Shown one piece after another: positions 1 to 7,811 of a stretch of 24,605 nt of DNA. Origin of the DNA: an uncultured Prevotellaceae bacterium (GTDB lineage: Bacteria > Bacteroidota > Bacteroidia > Bacteroidales > Bacteroidaceae); the NCBI GenBank assembly GCA_947306605.1, contig CAMZHB010000001.1:1-24605 (forward strand), given 5' to 3'. A model generated the notes under the pieces. It was not told the origin of the DNA. It worked only from the letters and a program-made list of their open reading frames with translations, and made no database searches. Numbering within the stretch: position 1 is the first letter of the stretch; each line of letters starts with the position of its first letter. A program made the position numbers and the translations under genes.

Positions 1-3000
1 TACCAGCTGACGGGCTACCCCGTGCTGCTGCCCAAGTTCGGTTTCTACGAAGGACACCTCAATGCCTACAACCACGACTACTGGAAAGAAAGTGAAAACG
101 GCATCCTCTTCGAGGACGGCAAGAAATATAAGGAAAGCCAACAGGACAACGGCGGCATCCGCGAATCGCTCAACGGCGAACTGCCGGGCAACTACCAGTT
201 CTCAGCCCGCGCCGTCATCGACCGCTACGAGAAACACGACATGCCGCTGGGATGGATTCTTCCCAACGACGGCTACGGCGCCGGCTACGGACAGACGGAA
301 ACACTCGACGGCAACATCGAAAACCTGCGGCAGTTCGGCGAATACGCCCGCAAGAAAGGTGTGGAAATCGGTCTGTGGACACAAAGCGACCTGCACCCCG
401 TGGACAGCATCAAGGCGTTGCTGCAACGTGACATCGAAAAAGAAATCGGCGTAGCCGGCGTGCGCGTGCTCAAGACCGACGTGGCCTGGGTGGGCGACGG
501 CTACTCCTTCGGCCTGAACGGCATCAGCGAAGTGGCCGGACTCATGCCGAAACTCGGCAACCACGCCCGTCCCTTCATCATCACCCTCGACGGATGGGCC
601 GGCACACAACGCTACGGCGGCGTGTGGACCGGCGACCAGACGGGCGGCAAATGGGAATACATCCGCTTCCACATCCCCACTTACATCGGCGCGGGACTGT
701 CGGGCATGCCTAACATCTCAAGCGATATGGACGGCATCTTCGGCGGCAAAAACATGCCCGTCAACGTGCGTGACTTCCAATGGAAGACGTTCACGCCAAT
801 GCAGCTCAATATGGACGGATGGGGCTCCAACGAGAAGTATCCGCACGCCCTGGGCGAGCCGGCCACCAGCATCAACCGCTCGTACCTGAAACTGAAGACC
901 ATCATCATGCCCTACATCTACACCATCGCCCACAGCGCCATCAAGGGCAAGCCCATGGTGAGGGTTATGTTCCTCGACTACCCCAACCAATACACGATGG
1001 GTAAACAGACGCAGTACCAGTTCATGTTCGGCCCATCCTTCCTCATTGCACCAGTCTACCAAAACACCAGGGCCGACGAGAAGGGCAACGACATCCGCAA
1101 CGGCATCTATCTGCCCGAAGGCCGCTGGTACGACATGTTCACCGGCAAGACCTACGACGGCGGTTGCATCCTCAACAATTACGACGTGCCCATCTGGAAA
1201 CTGCCCCTCTTCATCAAGGCCGGTAGCATCTTGCCAGTCACCTACGCCCACAACAATCCCAATCAGATCCGCAAGGGCATACGCTCCTACGAACTCTTCC
1301 CCTACGGCGAGAGCGAGTTCACTGAATACGACGACGACGGCAAGACCGATGCCTATCTGCGCGGCGACAGCGCCACCACATGTATCCGCTCCAGTTTGAA
1401 GAAGGACGTCGCCACCGTTATCATCGAACCCACGCAAGGACACTACGAAGGCATGGTGACACAAAAGAGCCTCACGCTGACCTTCAACGTGTCGAAGGAG
1501 CCCAAGAGCGTCACGGCACGTGTGAACGGCAAGAAAGTGAAGTTGCAGAAGACCACCAGCATGCAGGAATTCGGCAAACACAAGAATTCCTACTTCTATC
1601 TGGCCAAAACCGACCTAAACGGCTACAGCACGCCTGGCAGTCCGGCGTCGAAAGTCAAGCTGCCCGCCTGCCCCGTGATGTACGTCCGCATGGAAGCCTG
1701 CGACATTACAAAGACGACCATCGAAGTGACCGTAAAGGGCTACGAGTTCAACATTGACAACGGTCTCAGACAAAAGTCGGGCTCCCTCACCGTCCCGCAG
1801 AGCATAACCGTAAGCGACAGCGCCCGCCAAGCCTATAGTCTCACGCCCTCGTGGCAACCGGTGCCCAACGCCGACTACTACGAAATCCGTTACGACGGCA
1901 TAACCTACACGGGCATCCGGGACACGTACTTGAAGTTCGAAGACCTGCAACCCGAAACCGAATACGCTTTCGCCCTGCGCGCCGTAAACAAGGATGGCAG
2001 CAGCGACTGGACCGACTTCAAGGCCACCACGGCCGCCAACCCGCTCGAGTTTGCCATCCGCGGCATCACGGCCACTTGCACCGCACCGAGCCAGCCGGGC
2101 GAAGGTCTGAACAAACTCTTCGATCTTGACGAAAACACCATGTGGCACACCAAGTGGGACACCAAGGCCACGCCGTTCGAACTGGTCTGCGACCTGCACA
2201 GCGTCAACACCCTCGACCGCATGGAATACCTGCCGCGCCAAGTGGGCGTGAACGGCATACTGCTCGTGGGCAAGGTGGCCTACAGCATGGACAAGGCCAC
2301 ATGGGCCGAAGCCGGCAACTTCGCCTGGTCACGCGACATGATGAAGAAGACCTTCTCCTTCAAAGGCCAGCCGCAGGCACGCTACATCCGCCTCACCGTG
2401 GAACGCGCTTACGGCGAATACGGGTCGGGGCAGGAACTCTACGTCTTCCGCCAGCCCGGCTCACCCAGTTACATCCCCGGCGACATCAACGCCGACGGAC
2501 AGATCGACGAGAACGACCTCACGTCGTACCTCAACTACACAGGCCTGCGTCAGGGCGACAAAGACTTTGAAGGCTATGTGAGCAAGGGCGACATCAACGG
2601 CAACGGCCTCATCGACGCCTACGACATCTCCAACGCCGCCGTCGAAACAGGCGGCAAAGCCAGAACCAACGACAACGAGCCCGTAGCCGGCAAACTGCTG
2701 CTGGTTCCCGACAAGAAGACGTACCGCACCGGCGAGACCGTCACCGTCACCGTACGCGGCTTCGGACTGACCAACGTCAACGCCCTCAGTTTCGCCCTGC
2801 CCTACGTCCCCGCCGAATACGAATACCTCGGCATGGACCTCGGCGATGCCGTCAAAGCCATGCGCGATTTCACCAACGACCGGCTCCATTCCAACGGCCA
2901 AAAGGCTCTCTACCCCACCCTCGTCAACGTGGGCGACCGGCCCGCACTCAACGGCAGCGCCGACCTCTTCACCCTGCGTTTCCGCGCCGCCAAAGCCGGA

Positions 3001-3066
3001 GCCTTCACTCTCCAGATGAAAGACGCCCTGCTGGTCGACAAGAACCTCCTTTCCGTCTCCTTCTAG
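1..3066 (+). CDS. GH31 glycoside hydrolase, 5'-partial; probable alpha-N-acetylgalactosaminidase (Nag31-like) with FN3, CBM32/F5-8C, dockerin and cohesin modules
   Basis: The frame is open from base 1 (YQLTGYPVLLPK). Motifs: WILPNDGYG, KTDVAW (Asp codon 478-480), WTGDQ (Asp codon 634-636), FMFGPSFLIAPV. C-terminal modules: FN3 (LQPETEYAFALRAVN), CBM32-like (FDLDENTMWHT...ARYIRLTV), a duplicated GDINADG/GDINGNG dockerin and a terminal cohesin-like beta domain. Confidence 0.9.
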   Translation, partial: YQLTGYPVLLPKFGFYEGHLNAYNHDYWKESENGILFEDGKKYKESQQDNGGIRESLNGELPGNYQFSARAVIDRYEKHDMPLGWILPNDGYGAGYGQTETLDGNIENLRQFGEYARKKGVEIGLWTQSDLHPVDSIKALLQRDIEKEIGVAGVRVLKTDVAWVGDGYSFGLNGISEVAGLMPKLGNHARPFIITLDGWAGTQRYGGVWTGDQTGGKWEYIRFHIPTYIGAGLSGMPNISSDMDGIFGGKNMPVNVRDFQWKTFTPMQLNMDGWGSNEKYPHALGEPATSINRSYLKLKTIIMPYIYTIAHSAIKGKPMVRVMFLDYPNQYTMGKQTQYQFMFGPSFLIAPVYQNTRADEKGNDIRNGIYLPEGRWYDMFTGKTYDGGCILNNYDVPIWKLPLFIKAGSILPVTYAHNNPNQIRKGIRSYELFPYGESEFTEYDDDGKTDAYLRGDSATTCIRSSLKKDVATVIIEPTQGHYEGMVTQKSLTLTFNVSKEPKSVTARVNGKKVKLQKTTSMQEFGKHKNSYFYLAKTDLNGYSTPGSPASKVKLPACPVMYVRMEACDITKTTIEVTVKGYEFNIDNGLRQKSGSLTVPQSITVSDSARQAYSLTPSWQPVPNADYYEIRYDGITYTGIRDTYLKFEDLQPETEYAFALRAVNKDGSSDWTDFKATTAANPLEFAIRGITATCTAPSQPGEGLNKLFDLDENTMWHTKWDTKATPFELVCDLHSVNTLDRMEYLPRQVGVNGILLVGKVAYSMDKATWAEAGNFAWSRDMMKKTFSFKGQPQARYIRLTVERAYGEYGSGQELYVFRQPGSPSYIPGDINADGQIDENDLTSYLNYTGLRQGDKDFEGYVSKGDINGNGLIDAYDISNAAVETGGKARTNDNEPVAGKLLLVPDKKTYRTGETVTVTVRGFGLTNVNALSFALPYVPAEYEYLGMDLGDAVKAMRDFTNDRLHSNGQKALYPTLVNVGDRPALNGSADLFTLRFRAAKAGAFTLQMKDALLVDKNLLSVSF

Positions 3067-3171
3067 AGTACGACACACAGTTGCCGTTTTCGCAACGGGA
3101 GCGAGCTCCAGCAGACGAGACTTTGACATTTCAGAAATATCTGAAAATCCACGTTACCAAAAATACGAAAA

Positions 3172-3249
3172 CAGAAACGGCGTTTCAAAATTTTGAAACG
3201 CCGTTTCTGCGCGCCAAGACGCCGTCTCTGCAGCCCGAAGCCCCACCTC
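3172..3249 (+). repeat. 21-bp-phased box array, copy 1 (4 boxes), containing a perfect 38-bp palindrome at 3172-3209
   Basis: Boxes GAAACGGCGTTTC 3174, GAAACGCCGTTTC 3195, AAGACGCCGTCTC 3216 and GAAGCCCCACCTC 3237. CAGAAACGGCGTTTCAAAA/TTTTGAAACGCCGTTTCTG is a perfect inverted repeat. Lies between convergent genes. Confidence 0.9.
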
Positions 3250-3280
3250 CGTTTTTCCAAATGCCCATCACCCTTGACAG

Positions 3281-3793
3281 CTAAGACAACGACGGCAGAA
3301 CGATGTCGCACCACTCGCTTTCGAAGTTAGGTGTGAAAATGCCCTTGCCAAGGCTCTCCCCAATTTCCTGGCGCGACCAGAAACGGCCGCCGGCCAGTTC
3401 GGTAGTGTCGGGACGGATGGGCCGGTCATAGACAGCGGTGTGGACAAACACCAGTTCGCGCTCACGCTGCGAGTCATACACATACTGCGCAATGCGCCTG
3501 GGTTCGTAATCCGTGATACCCAGTTCCTCCCGCACCTCGCGCCGCAGCGCCTGCTCCACGTTCTCGCCCAGGTCCACGTGTCCCCCACAGGCCGTGTCCC
3601 ACTTGCCCGGCTGGATGTCCTTCCACTCCGGCCGCTTCTGCAAATACACGTCGCCCGCCGTGTTGAACACGTGCAGATGCACCACCGGATGCAGCAACCG
3701 GCTGCCGCCGTGGCACTCGCGGCGCGTGGCCGCCCCTGTCAAATTGCCGTTCTCGTCCACCAGCGGGAGCATATCGTCAAGAGAATCTATCAT
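3281..3793 (-). CDS. NUDIX hydrolase (YfcD/IPP-isomerase-like)
   Basis: Nudix box GHVDLGENVEQALRREVREELGI plus LHPVVH and PGKWD. The start is placed at ATG 3793 (MIDSLDDMLPLVDENG) because the longer track start at 3892 overlaps queA. Confidence 0.88.
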   Translation of the reverse strand: MIDSLDDMLPLVDENGNLTGAATRRECHGGSRLLHPVVHLHVFNTAGDVYLQKRPEWKDIQPGKWDTACGGHVDLGENVEQALRREVREELGITDYEPRRIAQYVYDSQRERELVFVHTAVYDRPIRPDTTELAGGRFWSRQEIGESLGKGIFTPNFESEWCDIVLPSLS

Positions 3794-3818
3794 GAGAGTT
3801 GAGATTTGAAAATTCGAA

Positions 3819-5048
3819 TCATGGCATGAGCAGCGAGCTGTCGCCGTAGCTGAGGAAACGGAAGTCATGGCTGAGGGCATAGTCGTAGGCACGGCGCCAG
3901 TCGTCGCCTATGAAGGCGGAGACGAGCAGAAGCAGCGTGCTCTTGGGCATGTGGAAGTTGGTGACCATGCGCTCCACGATGTGATAGGTATAGCCCGGGG
4001 CGATGATGATTTGGGTCGAGGAGTGCAAGGCATTGAGACCGTTACTTCGGAGCCATTCGACAATGGCCTGCAGGGCATCAGTCACAGGTGTGTCGCGCCA
4101 TTCGGCAGGCAAGTCATAAGGTTCCCACTGTGCCACGTGCAGAGCGTTCTCCGGGAGATTGGGATTGCGAAGCAACTTTATACCTATATAATATAAACTC
4201 TCCAGAGTGCGCACGCTGGTCGTGCCAACGGCAGTGCAATGGCCGCCGTGACGGATAAGGCGCTCCAGGCTGTCGCGCGAAACAAAGATGTATTCCGAGT
4301 GCATCTCGTGACCGGCGATTTCTTCGCTCTTCACGGGACGGAACGTGCCGGCACCGACGTGAAGCGTGATTTCGTCGCACACGATGTGGCGGGCTTCGAG
4401 GGCACGGAACACACGCTCCGTGAAATGCAGTCCGGCAGTGGGTGCAGCCACGCTGCCTTCAATCTTCGAATAGACCGTCTGGTAGGTTTCCTTGTCCTGC
4501 TCTTCGGTGTCGCGGTTCAGGTAAGGCGGAATGGGCAGTTCACCCACCGCTTCGAGCACTTCTGCAAAGGTGAGCGAAACGTCGTCCCATTCGAAACGTA
4601 CCACCTCGCCCGTGCCCTGCGTTTCCACCACCTCGGCCGTCAGCGTCACCTGACCACCGGCATGCGGTATCGTGCGCTCCAGACGTCCCTGCTTCCATTT
4701 CTTACGGTTGCCGACCAGGCAAATCCATTGACACGCGCCCCGGCTATCGAAGTTCTGCTGATATTCGTGCGGTGTGTGAGGTTCCAGGCAGAAGATTTCG
4801 ATGAGGGCACCGGTGTCCTTACGGAAATGAAGGCGGGCCTGGATGACTTTCGTGTTGTTGAACACCATCAGACTGTCAGCGGGCAACAGCGAGGGCAGGT
4901 CGGTGAAAGGACTGCTGGAGATTTTGCCTTTGTCGTACACCAGCAGTTTCGACCCGTCGCGGCCCGGCACGGGATAGCGCGCGATGCGGTCGTCGGGCAG
5001 CGGGTAGTCGTAGTCGTCGATGCGGATATGCTTTGTGTCGTAAGCCAT
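3819..5048 (-). CDS. queA: S-adenosylmethionine:tRNA ribosyltransferase-isomerase
   Basis: Motifs YDYPLP, VFNNTKVIQARL, LPIPPYL, YQTVY, AAPTAGLHF, LHVGAGTF, TNFHMPKSTL and RFLSYGD. Confidence 0.97.
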   Translation of the reverse strand: MAYDTKHIRIDDYDYPLPDDRIARYPVPGRDGSKLLVYDKGKISSSPFTDLPSLLPADSLMVFNNTKVIQARLHFRKDTGALIEIFCLEPHTPHEYQQNFDSRGACQWICLVGNRKKWKQGRLERTIPHAGGQVTLTAEVVETQGTGEVVRFEWDDVSLTFAEVLEAVGELPIPPYLNRDTEEQDKETYQTVYSKIEGSVAAPTAGLHFTERVFRALEARHIVCDEITLHVGAGTFRPVKSEEIAGHEMHSEYIFVSRDSLERLIRHGGHCTAVGTTSVRTLESLYYIGIKLLRNPNLPENALHVAQWEPYDLPAEWRDTPVTDALQAIVEWLRSNGLNALHSSTQIIIAPGYTYHIVERMVTNFHMPKSTLLLLVSAFIGDDWRRAYDYALSHDFRFLSYGDSSLLMP

Positions 5049-5067
5049 GGATTTGTTTTAGCGACTG

Positions 5068-5075
5068 CAAAAGTA
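5068..5075 (-). promoter_or_regulatory. Bacteroidetes sigmaA -7 box for queA-NUDIX
   Basis: TACTTTTG on the minus strand (consensus TAnnTTTG), 19 nt upstream of the queA ATG. No clean -33 box. Confidence 0.65.
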
Positions 5076-5110
5076 CATTTTTATTATGTTGTGGGACGAC
5101 ATTCCGGCAC

Positions 5111-5141
5111 AAAAAATCTGCGGCTGTCGCCAGCCGCAGAT
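5111..5141 (-). terminator. Intrinsic terminator of rpoD
   Basis: On the minus strand: 11-bp stem ATCTGCGGCTG/CAGCCGCAGAT, GCGA tetraloop, then a T-run. Lies 45 nt downstream of the rpoD stop. Confidence 0.88.
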
Positions 5142-5185
5142 AACATATTTAACCATTAAAACCTTTGCGAATGTACGTCCGGGGA

Positions 5186-6043
5186 TTAGAAATACTTCTT
5201 CAGCATTTGGATGGACGCGTTCTCGCGCAGCCGGCGCAAGGCGCGTTCTTTGATCTGGCGCACGCGTTCACGGGTTAGGTTCAGCGAATTGGCCACTTCC
5301 TCTGCCGTCATTTCTGGGTGACCGATACCGAAGAGCATTTTCAGCACAATCTGTTCGCGGTCGGAGAGGATGCTCAGTGCGGCCTCGAGGTCGTTGGAGA
5401 GCGACTCCTGTTCCATGCTGTTGTCGGTGGTCGGTGCGTCTTCGTCGGTCATCACGTCGATCATGGCGCTTGATTCGTCATTTTGGAACGGTGCGTCCAC
5501 GCTCACCTTCTTGCCGTTGGCGCCCATGGCCTCGGCGATTTTGTCCTCCGACGTTTCCATCAGTTCAGCCAGTTCCTGTACCGAAGGACGGCGCTGGTGT
5601 TTCTGTTCAAATTCCACTCTTGCCTTACTCAATTTACTTTGGAAACCCACCTGATTCAGCGGCATCCGCACAATGCGGCTCTGTTCCGAGATGGCCTGCA
5701 GAATGCTCTGGCGTATCCACCACACGGCATAGGAGATGAACTTGAAGCCTCGCGTTTCGTCAAACTTCTGGGCGGCTTTAATCAATCCCACGTTACCTTC
5801 GTCAATCAAATCGTTCAGAGCGAGTCCCTGGTTCTGATACTGCTTGGCCACGCTGACCACAAAGCGCAGGTTGGCTTTCGTCAGTTTGTCGAGAGCCTTC
5901 TGGTCGCCTTTGTGAATGCGCTGGGCGAGTTCCACTTCCTGGTCGGTCGTGATCAGTTCCTCGCGGCCTATCTCCACCAAGTACTTGTCGAGAGCGGCGC
6001 TCTGACGGTTCGTAATACTTTTGTTGATTTTAAGTTGACGCAT
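5186..6043 (-). CDS. rpoD: RNA polymerase sigma-70 factor, Bacteroidetes RpoD/SigA type (no region 1.1)
   Basis: MRQLKI..SITNR start, ANLRFVVSVAKQY, DETRGFKFISYAVWWIRQSI and LTRERVRQIKE; 285 aa. Confidence 0.93.
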   Translation of the reverse strand: MRQLKINKSITNRQSAALDKYLVEIGREELITTDQEVELAQRIHKGDQKALDKLTKANLRFVVSVAKQYQNQGLALNDLIDEGNVGLIKAAQKFDETRGFKFISYAVWWIRQSILQAISEQSRIVRMPLNQVGFQSKLSKARVEFEQKHQRRPSVQELAELMETSEDKIAEAMGANGKKVSVDAPFQNDESSAMIDVMTDEDAPTTDNSMEQESLSNDLEAALSILSDREQIVLKMLFGIGHPEMTAEEVANSLNLTRERVRQIKERALRRLRENASIQMLKKYF

Positions 6044-6092
6044 ATAACTTCATTTATTAGCCTTTCGCACCAGTACGCACGGGTGCGAGATG

Positions 6093-6100
6093 CAAAATTA
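6093..6100 (-). promoter_or_regulatory. sigmaA -7 box for rpoD
   Basis: TAATTTTG on the minus strand, 49 nt upstream of the ATG. It is followed by a 7-bp 5'UTR hairpin (TCGCACC/GGTGCGA, 6065-6088). Confidence 0.6.
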
Positions 6101-6281
6101 TAAAATATTTTTCTTATACGCGCCGACAAAAACCGCTTTTTTCGAGCCGTGACGAAAGAAAAATATCTTCGGGCATGCAACGCATCGTCACTACGGCCGT
6201 TTTGACATCTGGCCGGGCCAATTTCAGCCCTTTCATACCACAAGGCACGATTTACAGGCTCCCCTACCCGACTTTTACGCA

Positions 6282-6340
6282 CAGAAGTGGGACTTCAAAA
6301 ATTACAAACGGCGTCTCAGAATTTTGAAGTCCCACTTCTG
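6282..6340 (-). repeat. 21-bp-phased box array, copy 3 (3 boxes)
   Basis: Plus-strand boxes GAAGTGGGACTTC 6284, CAAACGGCGTCTC 6305 and GAAGTCCCACTTC 6326. The outer 19-bp arms (6282-6300 and 6322-6340) are perfect inverted repeats. Confidence 0.9.
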
Positions 6341-6437
6341 CAAAACCAAATCACGTTCGTTCCGCCCATGACGTACCGGAAAAGCGCGACGGTGGAGCAA
6401 ATTCGCGGCACACGGCCTTCAACTCTCAATTAATTTG

Positions 6438-6445
6438 TAACTTTG
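6438..6445 (+). promoter_or_regulatory. sigmaA -7 box for the Smr gene
   Basis: TAACTTTG, 24 nt upstream of the ATG at 6470. Confidence 0.65.
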
Positions 6446-6469
6446 TAACTCAAAACAGCAACGAAGACA

Positions 6470-7561
6470 ATGAAAATAGGAGATAAAGTTCGTTTTCTGA
6501 ACGAAATAGGCGGCGGAGTCGTCACCGGCTTCCAGGACAAAGGCATTGTGCTGGTGCAAGACGCCGACGGGTTCGACATTCCCGTACGCGTCAGCGAATG
6601 TGTGGTGGTGGAAGAGAAAAACGCCGCCAAACTGGCCTCGACAGAACCTGAAACGCCCCGGCCTACGCCGGCATCCCCGGCCACCACGCCCGAGCCGGCG
6701 CGACAGCCACAGGCTCCCGTGCCCCACGCCACACTCACCGTCGAACGCACGGGCGGCGACGTGCTCAACGTGTTCATGTGCTTCGTGCCGGTGGAAATCA
6801 CGACATTGAGCCAAACGGAATTCGACGTATATCTTGTCAACGACAGCAACTACTGGCTCGACTTCGTCTACCTCAGCGGCGAAGGCAGCAACTGGATGCT
6901 GCGCCAACGCGGCACGGCCGAGCCCAACACCAAAGTATTCGTCGAAACCGTCGGCCGCGACGTGCTCAACGACCTGAAACACGTGTGCCTCCAAATGTCC
7001 GCCTACAAGGAAGAACGCACATTCCGGCTGAAACCCGCGCTCAGCGTGGAGCTACGCCCCGACCTCACCAAGTTCTACAAGTTGCACACGTTTGCTCCCA
7101 ACGACTTCTTCAACGAACGGGTGCTCACATGGAATTTCATCCGCAACGACCAACCCGAGCACCAGGTATTTGCCAACGCCGACGACTTGCGCGAAGCATT
7201 GCTCGGAGGAAACACCAGGGACGACTACGACACGCGTCCGCACATCCACGCCATTGCCAAGAAACCGTCGCGGGAAGACGAGCCCGAAGTCATCGACCTC
7301 CATGCCGCCGAACTGCTCGAAACCACGCGCGGCATGTCGCCCGCCGACATCCTCGGATACCAGCTCGACGTGTTCCGCAAGAAAATGAACGAACACCGCA
7401 ACCAGAAGGGCAAAAAACTCATCTTCATCCACGGCAAGGGACAGGGCACCCTGCGCAACGCCGTACTGCGCGAACTGCAACTGAAGTACAAATCGTGCAC
7501 CAGCCAGGACGCGTCGTTCCGCGAGTACGGGTTCGGAGCCACCATGGTCATTATCCATTGA
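6470..7561 (+). CDS. DUF2027-Smr domain protein (N-terminal SH3/KOW-like domain, Pro-rich linker, DUF2027, C-terminal Smr)
   Basis: Starts MKIGDKVRFL. Central region YLVNDSNY...FYKLHTF. Smr motifs IDLHAAEL, FIHGKGQGTLR and YGFGATMV. Confidence 0.88.
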   Translation: MKIGDKVRFLNEIGGGVVTGFQDKGIVLVQDADGFDIPVRVSECVVVEEKNAAKLASTEPETPRPTPASPATTPEPARQPQAPVPHATLTVERTGGDVLNVFMCFVPVEITTLSQTEFDVYLVNDSNYWLDFVYLSGEGSNWMLRQRGTAEPNTKVFVETVGRDVLNDLKHVCLQMSAYKEERTFRLKPALSVELRPDLTKFYKLHTFAPNDFFNERVLTWNFIRNDQPEHQVFANADDLREALLGGNTRDDYDTRPHIHAIAKKPSREDEPEVIDLHAAELLETTRGMSPADILGYQLDVFRKKMNEHRNQKGKKLIFIHGKGQGTLRNAVLRELQLKYKSCTSQDASFREYGFGATMVIIH

Positions 7562-7776
7562 AACAGCAACCGTCCCGCCGTCTCACCGAAGACCTCCGTC
7601 CCCTTACCGGAAACCGATTTGCGCAACGGATTTAGCAAGCTGCTGACATCACTTTTGGAAACCGCGTCATCGCCCTATTCACAAAGAGTTACGAAAGAAA
7701 CCGCCACCTCTGGAATTTTTTCTGAAAAAATCGCGTTTTTTCCGCTCCGGATTACTTACATCTGAAAAAAACTTCG

Positions 7777-7784
7777 TATTTTTG
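7777..7784 (+). promoter_or_regulatory. sigmaA -7 box for the fasciclin gene
   Basis: TATTTTTG, 27 nt upstream of ATG 7812. Confidence 0.55.
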
Positions 7785-7811
7785 AAGCCGATTTCAAGAA
7801 ACGAGTGCACA

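Noticed and set aside
3172-3249. Box arrays as CRISPR mini-arrays
   Set aside because: Units are 13 bp with 8-bp linkers, far too short for repeat-spacer structure, and there are no cas genes.
3063-3314. Short ORFs over the repeats (3063-3314, 3081-3284, 12017-12343, 5968-6282) with recurring TETAFQNFETPFL-like peptides
   Set aside because: The peptide similarity is a by-product of the 21-bp and 84-bp DNA periods being multiples of three. No coding signals or protein family are evident.
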